Shown here one piece after another: positions 38,563 to 49,353 of a stretch of DNA of 60,254 nt (position 1 is its first letter; each line of letters starts with the position of its first letter). The stretch comes from a virus (Duplodnaviria; Caudoviricetes): IMG/VR virus record IMGVR_UViG_3300045747_000144, positions 1 to 60,254 of that record; one strand, 5' to 3'. The notes under the pieces were generated by a model that saw only the letters and a program-made list of their open reading frames with translations, searched no databases and was not told where the DNA came from. The translations under genes were made by a program, and so were the position numbers.

Positions 38563-39465
38563 ATGTCAAATCTTAAAATTAGTCAGCTCCAAGAGGCAAC
38601 AACCACAAATGCTGCTGACTCATTTATGGTCATTCAGGGAAATTCAAACAAGAGGTTGACTCTAGCTTCATTGCTTGGTCATATGGATTCCCCAGTAACT
38701 GTCAACAGCAAATTACTAAATTTAAATTTTGCAGTAAATGGTGTTAGCCCTAATCTATTGTGTACCGATGCACAATCAAACACAGTGGGAATTCGGACAA
38801 ATATTGCAGAGAATGCTGCTCTACAAGTGGTTGGTGACATTAGGGTAGGTGGTACTAAGGTTGTCAATAAAATCATTTCTGCTGTTACAATGGGTGCAGT
38901 GGGTTCTGGCGGTTCTGGCAAAAAATTGGTCACAATAACAGTTTCAGAAAATCACGGGTTTGTTGCTGGTGATAATATCAATATAACTGGTGTAGTTAAT
39001 GTGGTGTCATTAAATGGTCTTAAGAAGATATCCGTCCCATCTCTTAATGAATTTACATTTACTGTGGTAGATGACACAACCGGCACCCCTGCTCTCGGGG
39101 TTACCCCAAGGGCAACAAGAACAACGTATTATCCTGGTGTCTATAAGGGGTCATACGAAGGATATTTAGTTCCTCCTGATGAGGTAAGTTCTACCCATGC
39201 GCTAGATGCATCATATGCTATTACTGCACTTTTGGTGTCAGGTTCTTGCAATTTCATTTTATCATCAGGATCACAAGGTCAAGAGAAGTACATTTACCTT
39301 AAGAGTATAGTCAACACGGGTGACAAAGCAACAATTAGGGTCGGCGGTGGTCTTGGGTTCAATAGAATTCAATTTCAAAGGGTTGGAGACGGTGTTCAGA
39401 TGGTGTTCGATGGAGATGTTTGGATTGTAACTGGCGTGAATGGCGCAATTGTTTCGACAATATGA
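38563..39465 (+). CDS. Virion structural/fibre protein
   Basis: MSNLKISQL; VGIRT; HGF.AGD.I.I.G; GQEK. Confidence 0.6.
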   Translation: MSNLKISQLQEATTTNAADSFMVIQGNSNKRLTLASLLGHMDSPVTVNSKLLNLNFAVNGVSPNLLCTDAQSNTVGIRTNIAENAALQVVGDIRVGGTKVVNKIISAVTMGAVGSGGSGKKLVTITVSENHGFVAGDNINITGVVNVVSLNGLKKISVPSLNEFTFTVVDDTTGTPALGVTPRATRTTYYPGVYKGSYEGYLVPPDEVSSTHALDASYAITALLVSGSCNFILSSGSQGQEKYIYLKSIVNTGDKATIRVGGGLGFNRIQFQRVGDGVQMVFDGDVWIVTGVNGAIVSTI

Positions 39466-39827
39466 TAGATAACTTTACGTCGTATGCTATGAAGGCATAT
39501 GATAACCCATCATGTACTACTATCAATGATTTTAGACATGATATGACTAGAATAACCCACTTAAATAGGTTATTCAATAGGTATTATGAGAAAGATGATC
39601 TGCAGGTTAGGCTTATACTAAATCACATGATTGTGATGTATAATGTATTTAAACCAGACATGTTAACAGAGATGCTTTTCTCCAAAGTTAAGCCTGAGTA
39701 TTGGTCTGGGGTTAAAACTATTTTGACATACTTAAGTTATATGCCAGAAAAGGTATCATCTATCAATAAATTAGATTCTGATATTGCAGTAGATACAAAC
39801 ATAGCAAAAGAATTGAGGCAAATTTAA
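39462..39827 (+). CDS. Conserved T4-like hypothetical protein
   Basis: NF..YAMKAYDNPSC...RLILNHMIVMYNVF. Confidence 0.8.
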   Translation: MIDNFTSYAMKAYDNPSCTTINDFRHDMTRITHLNRLFNRYYEKDDLQVRLILNHMIVMYNVFKPDMLTEMLFSKVKPEYWSGVKTILTYLSYMPEKVSSINKLDSDIAVDTNIAKELRQI

Positions 39828-40357
39828 TGGGACAGATTGTTGATAACGCTATAGCATTGAGAATAATATATCTATTGGTTAGAGACTTCAAAAAATGGGA
39901 CTCTTACAAATTAGGTATGATGGACGCTGATGGTAAGGCCACAGACAAACGTGCATCAAATCAAGATGAGAGAGATTCATGGACAATGCTACACAGACTA
40001 GTCGCCAGATTAAAGCGCATAATAGGTCTGGCCCCAGGAGGAAAGACTCTACTGGGTAGATTAACTGCTTCATATCTATTAGTTAGAGAAAGTTATAACT
40101 TGGAATATGAATTGACAGACGATCAACTAACAGAATGTTTCATTTCTATACTGGAAACAATAACAGATTCTGACGTGGATAATGTGATGCATATTTTTGA
40201 AGAAATTGCCAACACAACTGTCGCTATACCAGTATCTAGAGACAATCAACCGTCAACACTTCTCGGTGGCAATAAGCCAAAAAAGAAAAAATCATATCGT
40301 GAACTAAATTTGAGTATGGTTCGTAGACCTCAACTGGACAATTTCACTGGTGTATAA
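39827..40357 (+). CDS. Conserved T4-like hypothetical protein
   Basis: F.KWDSYKLG..D.DGK...HRLV..LKR. Confidence 0.75.
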   Translation: MGQIVDNAIALRIIYLLVRDFKKWDSYKLGMMDADGKATDKRASNQDERDSWTMLHRLVARLKRIIGLAPGGKTLLGRLTASYLLVRESYNLEYELTDDQLTECFISILETITDSDVDNVMHIFEEIANTTVAIPVSRDNQPSTLLGGNKPKKKKSYRELNLSMVRRPQLDNFTGV

Positions 40358-41100
40358 TGACAGCTAGCAATTCATACTCTGTTGCATCTAATGCAGTAAA
40401 CCCATATTTTCAAAAGGGCATAGCATCCGAGATTAACTTATTTCAGGGGTTAGTGTCCGAATCTATACAAGTTATAGGGCACAATATACACTATCTTCCT
40501 AGGAAACTCCAGAAGTTAGATTTGATATTGGGTGAGGATACATTAAGCAAGTTCGACCTGGCTATTCCAATTGAGATGTATCTTAAGAAGGATCAGTGGG
40601 TTGATGATAAAGATATAATGAGTAAGTTTGGTCTTATGGCAGACGACAACGTAAAGTTTAGCGTTTCAAAAGCCAGATGGGAAACTGTAATATCAAAATA
40701 CCCAGGTAGAGTGATGTATTTCAATCGACCTCAAGAGGGTGATTTGATTTATGAATCTATCAATAAGAATCTTTACGAAATAACATTCGTGGATAGGGAT
40801 GCTCCATACTACCAGATGGGCACAAATCTTATGTATGTTTTGTCTTGCAGGCCGTATGTGTATTCATCCGAGAGAATTAATACTGGCATCACTGAAATTG
40901 ATGACGTGGGATTTGAGGAAGTTACCGCAGATCTATTTGAGTATCAGGTCGTTCAGGAAGATGGAACTGGATTGTTGCAGGAAAATGGGTCATCTATCAT
41001 AATAGATGGTGATCAAGCGAACGACAATTTCGACAAAACAGAAGCATTCAACGCTGCAGCTATAGCAGAAGAGTGGGATAAAAGTAACCCTTTCGGGTGA
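40357..41100 (+). CDS. 14: Neck protein gp14
   Basis: ESIQVIG...YLPR...GED..SKF...IEMY...SKFG...RPQEGDLIY...NPFG. Confidence 0.92.
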   Translation: MTASNSYSVASNAVNPYFQKGIASEINLFQGLVSESIQVIGHNIHYLPRKLQKLDLILGEDTLSKFDLAIPIEMYLKKDQWVDDKDIMSKFGLMADDNVKFSVSKARWETVISKYPGRVMYFNRPQEGDLIYESINKNLYEITFVDRDAPYYQMGTNLMYVLSCRPYVYSSERINTGITEIDDVGFEEVTADLFEYQVVQEDGTGLLQENGSSIIIDGDQANDNFDKTEAFNAAAIAEEWDKSNPFG

Positions 41101-41115
41101 TAATAGGAGTATGTA

Positions 41116-41835
41116 ATGGCACTAGGTGATCCGTATTATCATGGTATAATAAGAAAAACAATTGTTGCATTTGGTGAATTGTTCTCAGATGTACGAATTG
41201 AAAGAAAAGATTCTGTTGGTGTAACTCAGCAATTGGTTAGGGTTCCAATTGGATATGGGCCCAAAGAAAAGTGGTTAAGAAGAGTTCAAGAAAATCCAGA
41301 CTTGCAAAAAAGCGTCAAGATAACCGTGCCCCGCATGGCGTTTGAAATAACCGGTTATCAATATGACCCCTCAAGAAGGATGTCTAGTGGTTATGTGTCG
41401 ACTGAAGGGCATGATAAAGTAAACACCCCAGTCCCATATACATTAACTATAAATCTATATGTTATAACTAGGACCCAAGAAGATTCTCTTAATATTCTAG
41501 AGCAGATACTCCCTTATTTTGCCCCTAATATAGATTTAAGTATAGTTGTGTTAGATGACCCAAAGCTAACATCGTCGTTTCCAGTGTCTTTATCCACAGT
41601 TAGTCAGAATGACAATTACGACACAGATTTAGATGATAATAGAATGATCATAAACACACTTTCATTCACTGCTAAGATTAATCTGTATGGCCCAATGATT
41701 AAACCTAAGGTCATCAAGACATCTATAGCGAATATAAACACCGGTGCATTGGTATACACTGCTGCAGTTAACCCACAAGAGGCAACGGTTGCAGATACAT
41801 ATACTATATTGGACAACTGGGAAATTGGTGCATGA
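41116..41835 (+). CDS. 15: Tail sheath stabilizer/terminator gp15
   Basis: YH..IRK.IVAFG.LF, VPIGYGPKEKW, PRMAFEI, PVPY, EQILPYF.P. Confidence 0.93.
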   Translation: MALGDPYYHGIIRKTIVAFGELFSDVRIERKDSVGVTQQLVRVPIGYGPKEKWLRRVQENPDLQKSVKITVPRMAFEITGYQYDPSRRMSSGYVSTEGHDKVNTPVPYTLTINLYVITRTQEDSLNILEQILPYFAPNIDLSIVVLDDPKLTSSFPVSLSTVSQNDNYDTDLDDNRMIINTLSFTAKINLYGPMIKPKVIKTSIANINTGALVYTAAVNPQEATVADTYTILDNWEIGA

Positions 41836-42272
41836 ACAAACTAAATGATGTATTTGATATTGAGGACGTTTCTCCTCCTTTGACGTTGGATGTAATATCT
41901 ACGCCAGTAATTGATAAGGTTGAAAACTCAGAAGATGTGGATTTTGAAGCAGCAAGAACTAATGTGTATCAAATCATTGATCAGTTCAAAGCTGCCATAG
42001 AAACTGGAATGCTAATCGCCTCAGAAACACAAAACCCAAGAGCACTAGAGGTATTAAGCGGCCTATTGAAAAATGCTGCAGATACAAACAAGCAGTTGAT
42101 ACAGATGTCTAAGGATAAGCAAGACGTCAAAGTAACAAAGATTCAAGCATCAGTCAAGGGTGCAGTTCAACAAGCGCCAACAATAGGCACACAACAGAAT
42201 GTGACATTCGTCGGGTCATCATCACAACTTAATCAACTGATCGCTGACAGACTAGCATCAATGAACACATGA
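41832..42272 (+). CDS. 16: Terminase small subunit gp16
   Basis: DFE.AR.N, PRALEV, FVGS. Confidence 0.9.
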   Translation: MNKLNDVFDIEDVSPPLTLDVISTPVIDKVENSEDVDFEAARTNVYQIIDQFKAAIETGMLIASETQNPRALEVLSGLLKNAADTNKQLIQMSKDKQDVKVTKIQASVKGAVQQAPTIGTQQNVTFVGSSSQLNQLIADRLASMNT

Positions 42273-43876
42273 ATCCTGTAGACGTCGTTGACTATTTGCA
42301 GGGCCTAACCTTTAGGTCTAATCCGAACCTTCGCCCAAAAGGAGCACAGATAACATATACTGAGGACATGATATCCGAGTATATTAAGTGTAAGGCAGAC
42401 CCAGTATACTTCATCAGTAACTATGTTAAGGTTGTGCATCCTGACCGTGGTATCGTTCTTATGGAATTATACGATTATCAGAAACGAATGGTTAGGGCAT
42501 ATCACGAAAACCGTAGGGTTATTTTCCTAACTGCCAGGCAACAAGGAAAAACTACTGTATCAGCAGCGTACTTTGTTTGGTATGTACTGTTCAATGATCA
42601 AAAGTCAGTTGCTATCATGGCAAACAAACAAGCAACAGCTTATGAAATCATGGATAGGTTCCGTCTTGCATATGAGAACTTACCAAAGTGGATGCAACAG
42701 GGTGTGGATGTATGGAATAGAGGATCTGTCACTCTAGAGAATGGGTCAAAGGTATTTGGGTCAGCAACAACAGCATCTGGTACCCGTGGTAAAACAGTTA
42801 ATATTTTGTACTTAGATGAATTTGCATTCGTTGAGAACAACCTGGCCGAGGCATTCTTTACCGCTGTATACCCAACAATTACCGCTGGTAAAGACACAAA
42901 AGTTCTTATGACATCCACCCCAAATGGGTTTAACCACTTCTATAAATTCTGGAATGAGGCAGTTAAAGGTGTTAATGGTTTTCATCATCTAAGAGTGCAT
43001 TGGTATGAAACACCAGGTAGAGATCAAAAATGGTACGATGAACAGAAAGCTGTTTTGGGAGAATTGAAATCTGCTCAAGAATTGGACGCAGAGTTCTTAG
43101 GGTCAAGTTTGCAACTATTAACATCTGCAACTATGGCAAGACTGACATACAGTACACCAATAAAAGAATACACGGATGAATACAAGGGCCTCAGCGTATA
43201 TGAAGGCCCGGTAGAAAATCGAGCGTATATTATGACAGTTGACGTGTCCCGTGGACGGCATCTGGACTCATCTGCTTTTATTATTTTTGATGTCACACAA
43301 CCACCATTTAGAATAGTTGCCACTTATAATAATAATGAAGTTGCGCCAATGATGTATGGTGGTATTTGCCACAAGATGGCGTCTAACTATAATAATGCAT
43401 TTATATTAGTCGAAATTAATGATGTTGGTGCTCAGGTGGCTGACAACTTATATTATGAGTTTGAATATGAAAACTTATTTTGGACAAAGGGTGGCGAGGA
43501 ACTTGGTAAAAAGGGAACAGACCCATTCCCTGGAATTAGAACGACTAAAAAAACAAAACGAATAGGTTGTGCTAATCTTAAGGATGTTGTGGAAAAACAA
43601 CAACTATTAATCAACGACTTTAAACTAATAACAGAACTTAGTACATTCGTTCAATCCAAAGCTGGGTCTTATGAGGCTGATGAAGGTTTCCATGACGATA
43701 TGGTAATGTGCGCTGTGATGTTCGCATGGCTATTAACTCAGTCTTGGTTTAAAGACTTGACTGACGTAGACATAAGAAATAAAATGTATGCTCAGAAATT
43801 GATAGAGATGGACGATGAATTGACACCATTCGGATTTATGCCGGACTATTATGAAACCGTAGATGAGGCATTATGA
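42269..43876 (+). CDS. 17: Terminase large subunit gp17
   Basis: ARQQGKTT, YENLPKW, LDEFAFV, STPNG.NHFY, VDVSRG, HDD.VM. Confidence 0.97.
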   Translation: MNPVDVVDYLQGLTFRSNPNLRPKGAQITYTEDMISEYIKCKADPVYFISNYVKVVHPDRGIVLMELYDYQKRMVRAYHENRRVIFLTARQQGKTTVSAAYFVWYVLFNDQKSVAIMANKQATAYEIMDRFRLAYENLPKWMQQGVDVWNRGSVTLENGSKVFGSATTASGTRGKTVNILYLDEFAFVENNLAEAFFTAVYPTITAGKDTKVLMTSTPNGFNHFYKFWNEAVKGVNGFHHLRVHWYETPGRDQKWYDEQKAVLGELKSAQELDAEFLGSSLQLLTSATMARLTYSTPIKEYTDEYKGLSVYEGPVENRAYIMTVDVSRGRHLDSSAFIIFDVTQPPFRIVATYNNNEVAPMMYGGICHKMASNYNNAFILVEINDVGAQVADNLYYEFEYENLFWTKGGEELGKKGTDPFPGIRTTKKTKRIGCANLKDVVEKQQLLINDFKLITELSTFVQSKAGSYEADEGFHDDMVMCAVMFAWLLTQSWFKDLTDVDIRNKMYAQKLIEMDDELTPFGFMPDYYETVDEAL

Positions 43877-45491
43877 TAAATATTAGATTTGGTGATATGT
43901 TTTATAAATTAGCTAGTATTTTTTTCACTTCAGATCTGCATGGGACTAGAGTTATTCTATCCATATCAGAAATGGTGTGGGCATTAACACTATTTTGGCC
44001 AGGTGTGACGTTTGATAGGCCAACATATAAAATTATGGCAGAGATTTGCTCCGAGGAATATTGGGCATTTGCATTCTTAGTGTCGTCAATTATACAATTT
44101 TACTTGGTTATCAAAAATAAATATCACAGCAAGTTCGCTCAAATATTCGCAGGTGCAAACTCCCTATTTTGGTGGTTTGTTGTTATAGCCATGTATAATT
44201 CTGTCAGTCCTCCTCCAGCTGCAATATCTGGAGAATTGGGATTGGCTATTGGTGCGTCTTGGATATTCATTAGGTCTGGTTACAAAACAAGAATAATAAG
44301 AGGCAACGAATATGTTTGATTGGGGCTCACTGACCTTTGCAACACTAGTTGCATCACTTGCAACTTTTTTGTTTTTGTGGCTATTGCAAGTTACAATAAA
44401 AACATTGTTTATAAACTACACAAACAATCTGGTTGATGAGAGAAACTATACCTGTTTGCGGTGTGTAGATATAGAAATGATAAAAACAGATATTAGGTTA
44501 TTAAAAACCGAAGTTATCGTTATACAAGAAATAATTGATCGTGGGAGTATATGATGAAATCATGGTTCATTAAAATAGTAGGTGTTTTGGTGTTCATGTT
44601 ATCTTTTATGATAGGCATGATAATATATCAGTCGGCAATTCCTACTCACCCACCCATAAAAGACAATCTTATATCTTATAATGTTACCAAAACCTCTGAA
44701 TTTATTATGGTTGAGGTGTCAGTGGATGCCATTGTGGAAAGTTCGTTCTCTGCTAAATTGAGTAGGTTATTGGTTCACGAATCTGGGTATCAACTGGAAA
44801 TTCAGGCAGTTGATGTAAATTATTCTGAAGGTGCGAATGATGTCCATAGAATATTTTACTTACCTAAAAATATGAGACCAGGTAAATATTGTGTTAGTAC
44901 TATACTAGAATGGCGTCCGATGTTTTCTCTTACCGATAAGATAAACACAATAGATCAGGGGTGCTTCGAACTATGAGCAACAATAACATACACATACCTG
45001 CTGCGCCGGCAACGCGCAATATTTGGCAAGGTGAGGAAAGAAGGGGGACTCCACTTAACCCGTCAGATCACACTTTGTATCTGCATCTAAAGGACGAAAT
45101 TAAAAGCCATCAAGAAATTATATTCAATGAACTCCGTGAGCATACGGTAGATGAGATGGGTAGGTTTAAGGACATATTAGATGAAATCAGAGCAACGTCA
45201 GACCACACCCGGATTCAGCATTCTAAATTGTCAGAAATGATCTCTGAAACTATAAAAGAAATAAACAAGCTTTCTGATGTTCAAAAGACTATTGTGTCTG
45301 CTTTCCCTAGGGGCATCGAGGGGTTACAAACACACAGTTTGTATCATCAGGAGGAAGAGGATGCAAAAAAGGGAAAAATAGAGATAATCAATGAGATAAA
45401 GAAGAAAGTTATGGCAGGTGCAGTTTGGGCAGCAATAAGTTTATTTGGATATGTTATAATAGATTGGTTCAAGACCCAGTTGCATAAATAA
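43873..45491 (+). CDS. Four membrane-anchored proteins (43873-44319, 44312-44554, 44551-44976, 44973-45491), possible lysis or holin-like cluster
   Basis: Multiple or single hydrophobic segments; overlapping start/stop codons. Confidence 0.5.
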
Positions 45492-45516
45492 TACTAACAT
45501 TTAGATTGGATTAATA

Positions 45517-45897
45517 ATGTCTTGGTATATTTTGCATAAAAATGGTGAACTTGTAGGTGTAGTTAATACCCCTACATGGGTATCCCTCGAAGGTGTTTCA
45601 GTTATATCTAAAGAAGGAAGTATCCCTGATTTAAATAACTATATATGGGATACCGAAGCCATGGATCTATTACCCTCTAGTAATAGGTTATCTAGACTAG
45701 AATTTATGTCTAGATTTACTCCTGAAGAGCGTATAGGTATTAGATCATCTAGTAATCCAGTAGTACAGGATATTATGAAACTATTAGAATTAGCAGAATT
45801 TGTTAGTACAAGCGATCCTGCTACCCAACAAGGTGTGGGGTACTTAGTATACTCGGGTATTCTTACTAATGCAAGAGCAGCGGAGGTACTTCAATAA
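45517..45897 (+). CDS. Tail fibre-associated (assembly chaperone-like) protein
   Basis: SRLEFMSRFT.EER..I...L.LA...D......G..YL...G.LT..RA..VL; late promoter at 45483. Confidence 0.55.
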   Translation: MSWYILHKNGELVGVVNTPTWVSLEGVSVISKEGSIPDLNNYIWDTEAMDLLPSSNRLSRLEFMSRFTPEERIGIRSSSNPVVQDIMKLLELAEFVSTSDPATQQGVGYLVYSGILTNARAAEVLQ

Positions 45898-48800
45898 TGC
45901 CTGCAATTCGTGACTGGTCATATAATTATCTATCTACCGCAGCTACCTCAGTAATATGTGACGCTCCTGAAACACAAGCTGGTGACTTAATTATAGCAGC
46001 TCTTACATGTAAGACTGCTCCAAATACCGCTGCTGCTCCTGCTGCAGCGTTTGATGATTTTAATTCAATTCAAACATATTGGCAAGAGACAGGTTTTGGT
46101 GCAGTTACAATGTACCTTAATCCGTCTTCCGGTATATCTACAGGCACCGCAGATGGTGCGACAAATCTTCCTTCTGGTGTCCCTTCTGCTACCACTACAT
46201 TCCCAGTAAAGAGTTTGATGGGTTTCATCAATGGTGCAACTGGTTCTTATTACGCTCCGGCTACTCTTACGGTAGCAACAACAATTATTATTAAGTCATA
46301 TTCAAAGACATATATAACTGCAACAGATTTGTCAGCTATCACCTTCAGTATGGGTGCTAGACTTTATAATGCAACTGACCAATGGCAAGTATCTCTTTAC
46401 TCGCATGATCCAGTAGGAGCTGCAGGTAACAAAACTATTGTAGCTACTGGTATTGCTAAGTTCTCGGGTACTGTTGTAGCTGGTGCTGGTACAACTTCTG
46501 CTATTACTCAGGTTCAGACTCAGTGGTTAGCAGCAGACTTTACTATTACGGGTACTGGTAGAATTCCTGCTGGCAATAAAATATTAGCTGAAGTATCTAT
46601 TATCCGTGTAGGTGCAACAACTACTGCACCTCGTATCTATTTTGACACAACTGGTGTCACTACTTCTACAACACTCATATTTACTTCCACTGCTGTTGGA
46701 ACACCCGGGTTGATATATGATAATATTACTGCCGCAGCTATCAATGCTACTGCTTCTGACTGGTGGCCAATTTCTGCTTTAACTCCAACAATACAAGAAT
46801 GTATATATTTTGGTAAGACTACAACATTCACTAATTTTGCTTTTACTGTTGCTACTGCCGGTGCTGGTGGTACTGCTGTTGCTACGTGGGAATATTGGAA
46901 CGGAACAGCTTGGGCAACACTTACAACTTTAACTGATACTACAGTTAGCTGGAGAACACCTACTGGTGCTCAGTCTGCAACTTGGACTGCTCCTGCTAAT
47001 TGGGCTACTACTGCGGTTAATGGTTCAACATACTACTGGATAAGAATAAGAGTATCTACTGTAGGTACATTTACTACTAGACCAGTATTCACTAGAGTTA
47101 CTCAAGGTACTTCTGTTTCATGGACTCAGCTATATAACGTAGTTAATACAACTACACCTGCTCAAATAGTGTTCTATAGATACGCTAGAGCAACAGAAGA
47201 CGCTACATTTACATTTACTATAACGTCATCTATTATGTCTATGGCGATTATATCTATAAGAGATGTACATCCAACAACACCGTTTAATAATGGTACTGGG
47301 TACGCTACAGCACTTAATGCTTTGATCAAAGCAAATATGCCTACTAGAACTACGACGGTTAACAACTGTCTAAATCTTCACTTAGTTTCTACATCCGTTG
47401 CTACTGTTCCTTCTATCATTGAAGGTCCTGTAACCATGCTATATGCTAAAGACGGGGGTACGTGCTCTGATGGTTGCGGATGGTCAATTACTCCTATTGC
47501 TGGAACTACACCTACTGTAGGTATGTCTCGTATCGCTGCATCAGCAGACGTACTGGCAACTATATCTATTCAGCCACCTACAGAAGGTGCTTCTGTAGTT
47601 CCTACCTATTGTGCATCAGATCTATCACAATATTTGGACCCAATCAACGGCACAACTGCATATAATGGTAATACTGCTTTTGCCGCAACCGCAGTTACTC
47701 ACTACGGCACACTTCTAAATACTAAGACTCTGGCTAATGGAACTGCGGCTGCATATGCTGACTCGGGTATTAACTCATACCACTCAATGGGTCAAGTTAC
47801 GTCAGGTACTACAAAAGGTACTTGGTCAGGCAATACTTTAGTATTTGCAGTAGCTAATAAACCAAATGTTACTGGTGAGAATATTCTTATTCATGCAAAG
47901 CCCATGTTGGCAGTTGATTTGCAAACAACCGTTGGTATTGGTGGTACTGGTGTATGTGGTGTTGCTATTGGACTTGGTTCTACTGCAAATGTTGATTATA
48001 AAGTCTATCACGTATCTGGTGGTGGAACACCATGGGGTGCAAATTATCAGCCCACTATTATTAATACTAACTATACAGGTGCAGGGCTAATACAGAACAC
48101 TGGGACGCTGAATCCAGCGTCCATAAACTCAATTGGTTTCTTTGTTGCAGGATTCTTGACAGCAGCGGATTGGATTTTTGGTTCTGCGTGGTCATTAGAT
48201 GTAACTACGGTTGCTGGTGGAAATGCTGCAGAGCCTGTAACACCAGCCGAAGTAGCTAGGGCTGCAGCAGATGGACATGAAAGAATGTCTATTACTCGGC
48301 AGGGTACTAACCAGATCTTGGTTTTTCAACCAATTCAGTTTGGTAATGGCGGTACTAATCCAATCTATCTAGACTTCACTAATGCTGCTACCGAGTTCCC
48401 TAAGCAGTACGATCAAGCATCAAAAACTACTAACTACTGTGCTCCTGATGACGTTTGTGGTTATACATTCTACCCAGGTGCTGGTGATGTAATTAATATA
48501 TCAGGTGCTTCATTCTCATCACCTTCTAAGTTTCACTGGAAATTCCACGCTTCTTCAAATGTATCAACATCAGTAATTACAACTACTGGGGCTGCAGTAA
48601 CAGGAGCAGGAACTGTTCAATTAATACCTGGTATTACTTTTAGTAACATTGCATTTTCTAAGTGTAATGAAATAGCCTCTAATGGGGCTACTATTACGGG
48701 TACATCATTTACTAGTACTGTAGGTACAGGAGCCCTATCTATTGCATCCTCTGCCCACATGACCCTAGTATCGAACTGTAGTTTTAGTAGTAATAGTACC

Positions 48801-49313
48801 TATGGTATACTCCTTACAAATACTACAGCTGAGTCTTATAACTTTGTAGGTATTAAGTTCTCTGGTAATACAAAAGATATCTATGTGGCAGCAACAACCG
48901 GAACTGTGACCATCAATATCTCCGGTGGAGGTGGAGTACCAACATACACATCTGCTGGTGCTACAGTTGTTTCTAGTCAATCGAATAGTTTCTCTATATC
49001 CAATATAGTGTATAATTCGGAAGTTCGGATTTTCAACTCTGCAGATTCTGTTGAAATTGCAGGTGTAGAAAATATTGGTGTAACCGCTGCTACAGGTGGC
49101 ACTGTATCTGGTCCTGATGCTAATGGTCGGTATACATTCACAATTTCGCATCCATACTCGAGTAACCCAGTATTCATAGTTGTGAATTGTATCACAGATT
49201 TGGCAACCGTACCCAATAGATACAATTTCCTAAGACAAGACTATACGATCAATAACTCTACACAGAATCTTCCTGTCGTACAAATTCTAGATCGTAATTT
49301 CAGTAACCCTTAA
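45897..49313 (+). CDS. Large Thr/Gly-rich virion appendage or fibre protein (1138 aa)
   Basis: WEYWNGT.W, YYWIRIR; beta-helix-like C-terminal region. Confidence 0.65.
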   Translation: MPAIRDWSYNYLSTAATSVICDAPETQAGDLIIAALTCKTAPNTAAAPAAAFDDFNSIQTYWQETGFGAVTMYLNPSSGISTGTADGATNLPSGVPSATTTFPVKSLMGFINGATGSYYAPATLTVATTIIIKSYSKTYITATDLSAITFSMGARLYNATDQWQVSLYSHDPVGAAGNKTIVATGIAKFSGTVVAGAGTTSAITQVQTQWLAADFTITGTGRIPAGNKILAEVSIIRVGATTTAPRIYFDTTGVTTSTTLIFTSTAVGTPGLIYDNITAAAINATASDWWPISALTPTIQECIYFGKTTTFTNFAFTVATAGAGGTAVATWEYWNGTAWATLTTLTDTTVSWRTPTGAQSATWTAPANWATTAVNGSTYYWIRIRVSTVGTFTTRPVFTRVTQGTSVSWTQLYNVVNTTTPAQIVFYRYARATEDATFTFTITSSIMSMAIISIRDVHPTTPFNNGTGYATALNALIKANMPTRTTTVNNCLNLHLVSTSVATVPSIIEGPVTMLYAKDGGTCSDGCGWSITPIAGTTPTVGMSRIAASADVLATISIQPPTEGASVVPTYCASDLSQYLDPINGTTAYNGNTAFAATAVTHYGTLLNTKTLANGTAAAYADSGINSYHSMGQVTSGTTKGTWSGNTLVFAVANKPNVTGENILIHAKPMLAVDLQTTVGIGGTGVCGVAIGLGSTANVDYKVYHVSGGGTPWGANYQPTIINTNYTGAGLIQNTGTLNPASINSIGFFVAGFLTAADWIFGSAWSLDVTTVAGGNAAEPVTPAEVARAAADGHERMSITRQGTNQILVFQPIQFGNGGTNPIYLDFTNAATEFPKQYDQASKTTNYCAPDDVCGYTFYPGAGDVINISGASFSSPSKFHWKFHASSNVSTSVITTTGAAVTGAGTVQLIPGITFSNIAFSKCNEIASNGATITGTSFTSTVGTGALSIASSAHMTLVSNCSFSSNSTYGILLTNTTAESYNFVGIKFSGNTKDIYVAATTGTVTINISGGGGVPTYTSAGATVVSSQSNSFSISNIVYNSEVRIFNSADSVEIAGVENIGVTAATGGTVSGPDANGRYTFTISHPYSSNPVFIVVNCITDLATVPNRYNFLRQDYTINNSTQNLPVVQILDRNFSNP

Positions 49314-49353
49314 AAACATAAATAATCAATAGACCTAATAAACAGGAGTTCAA

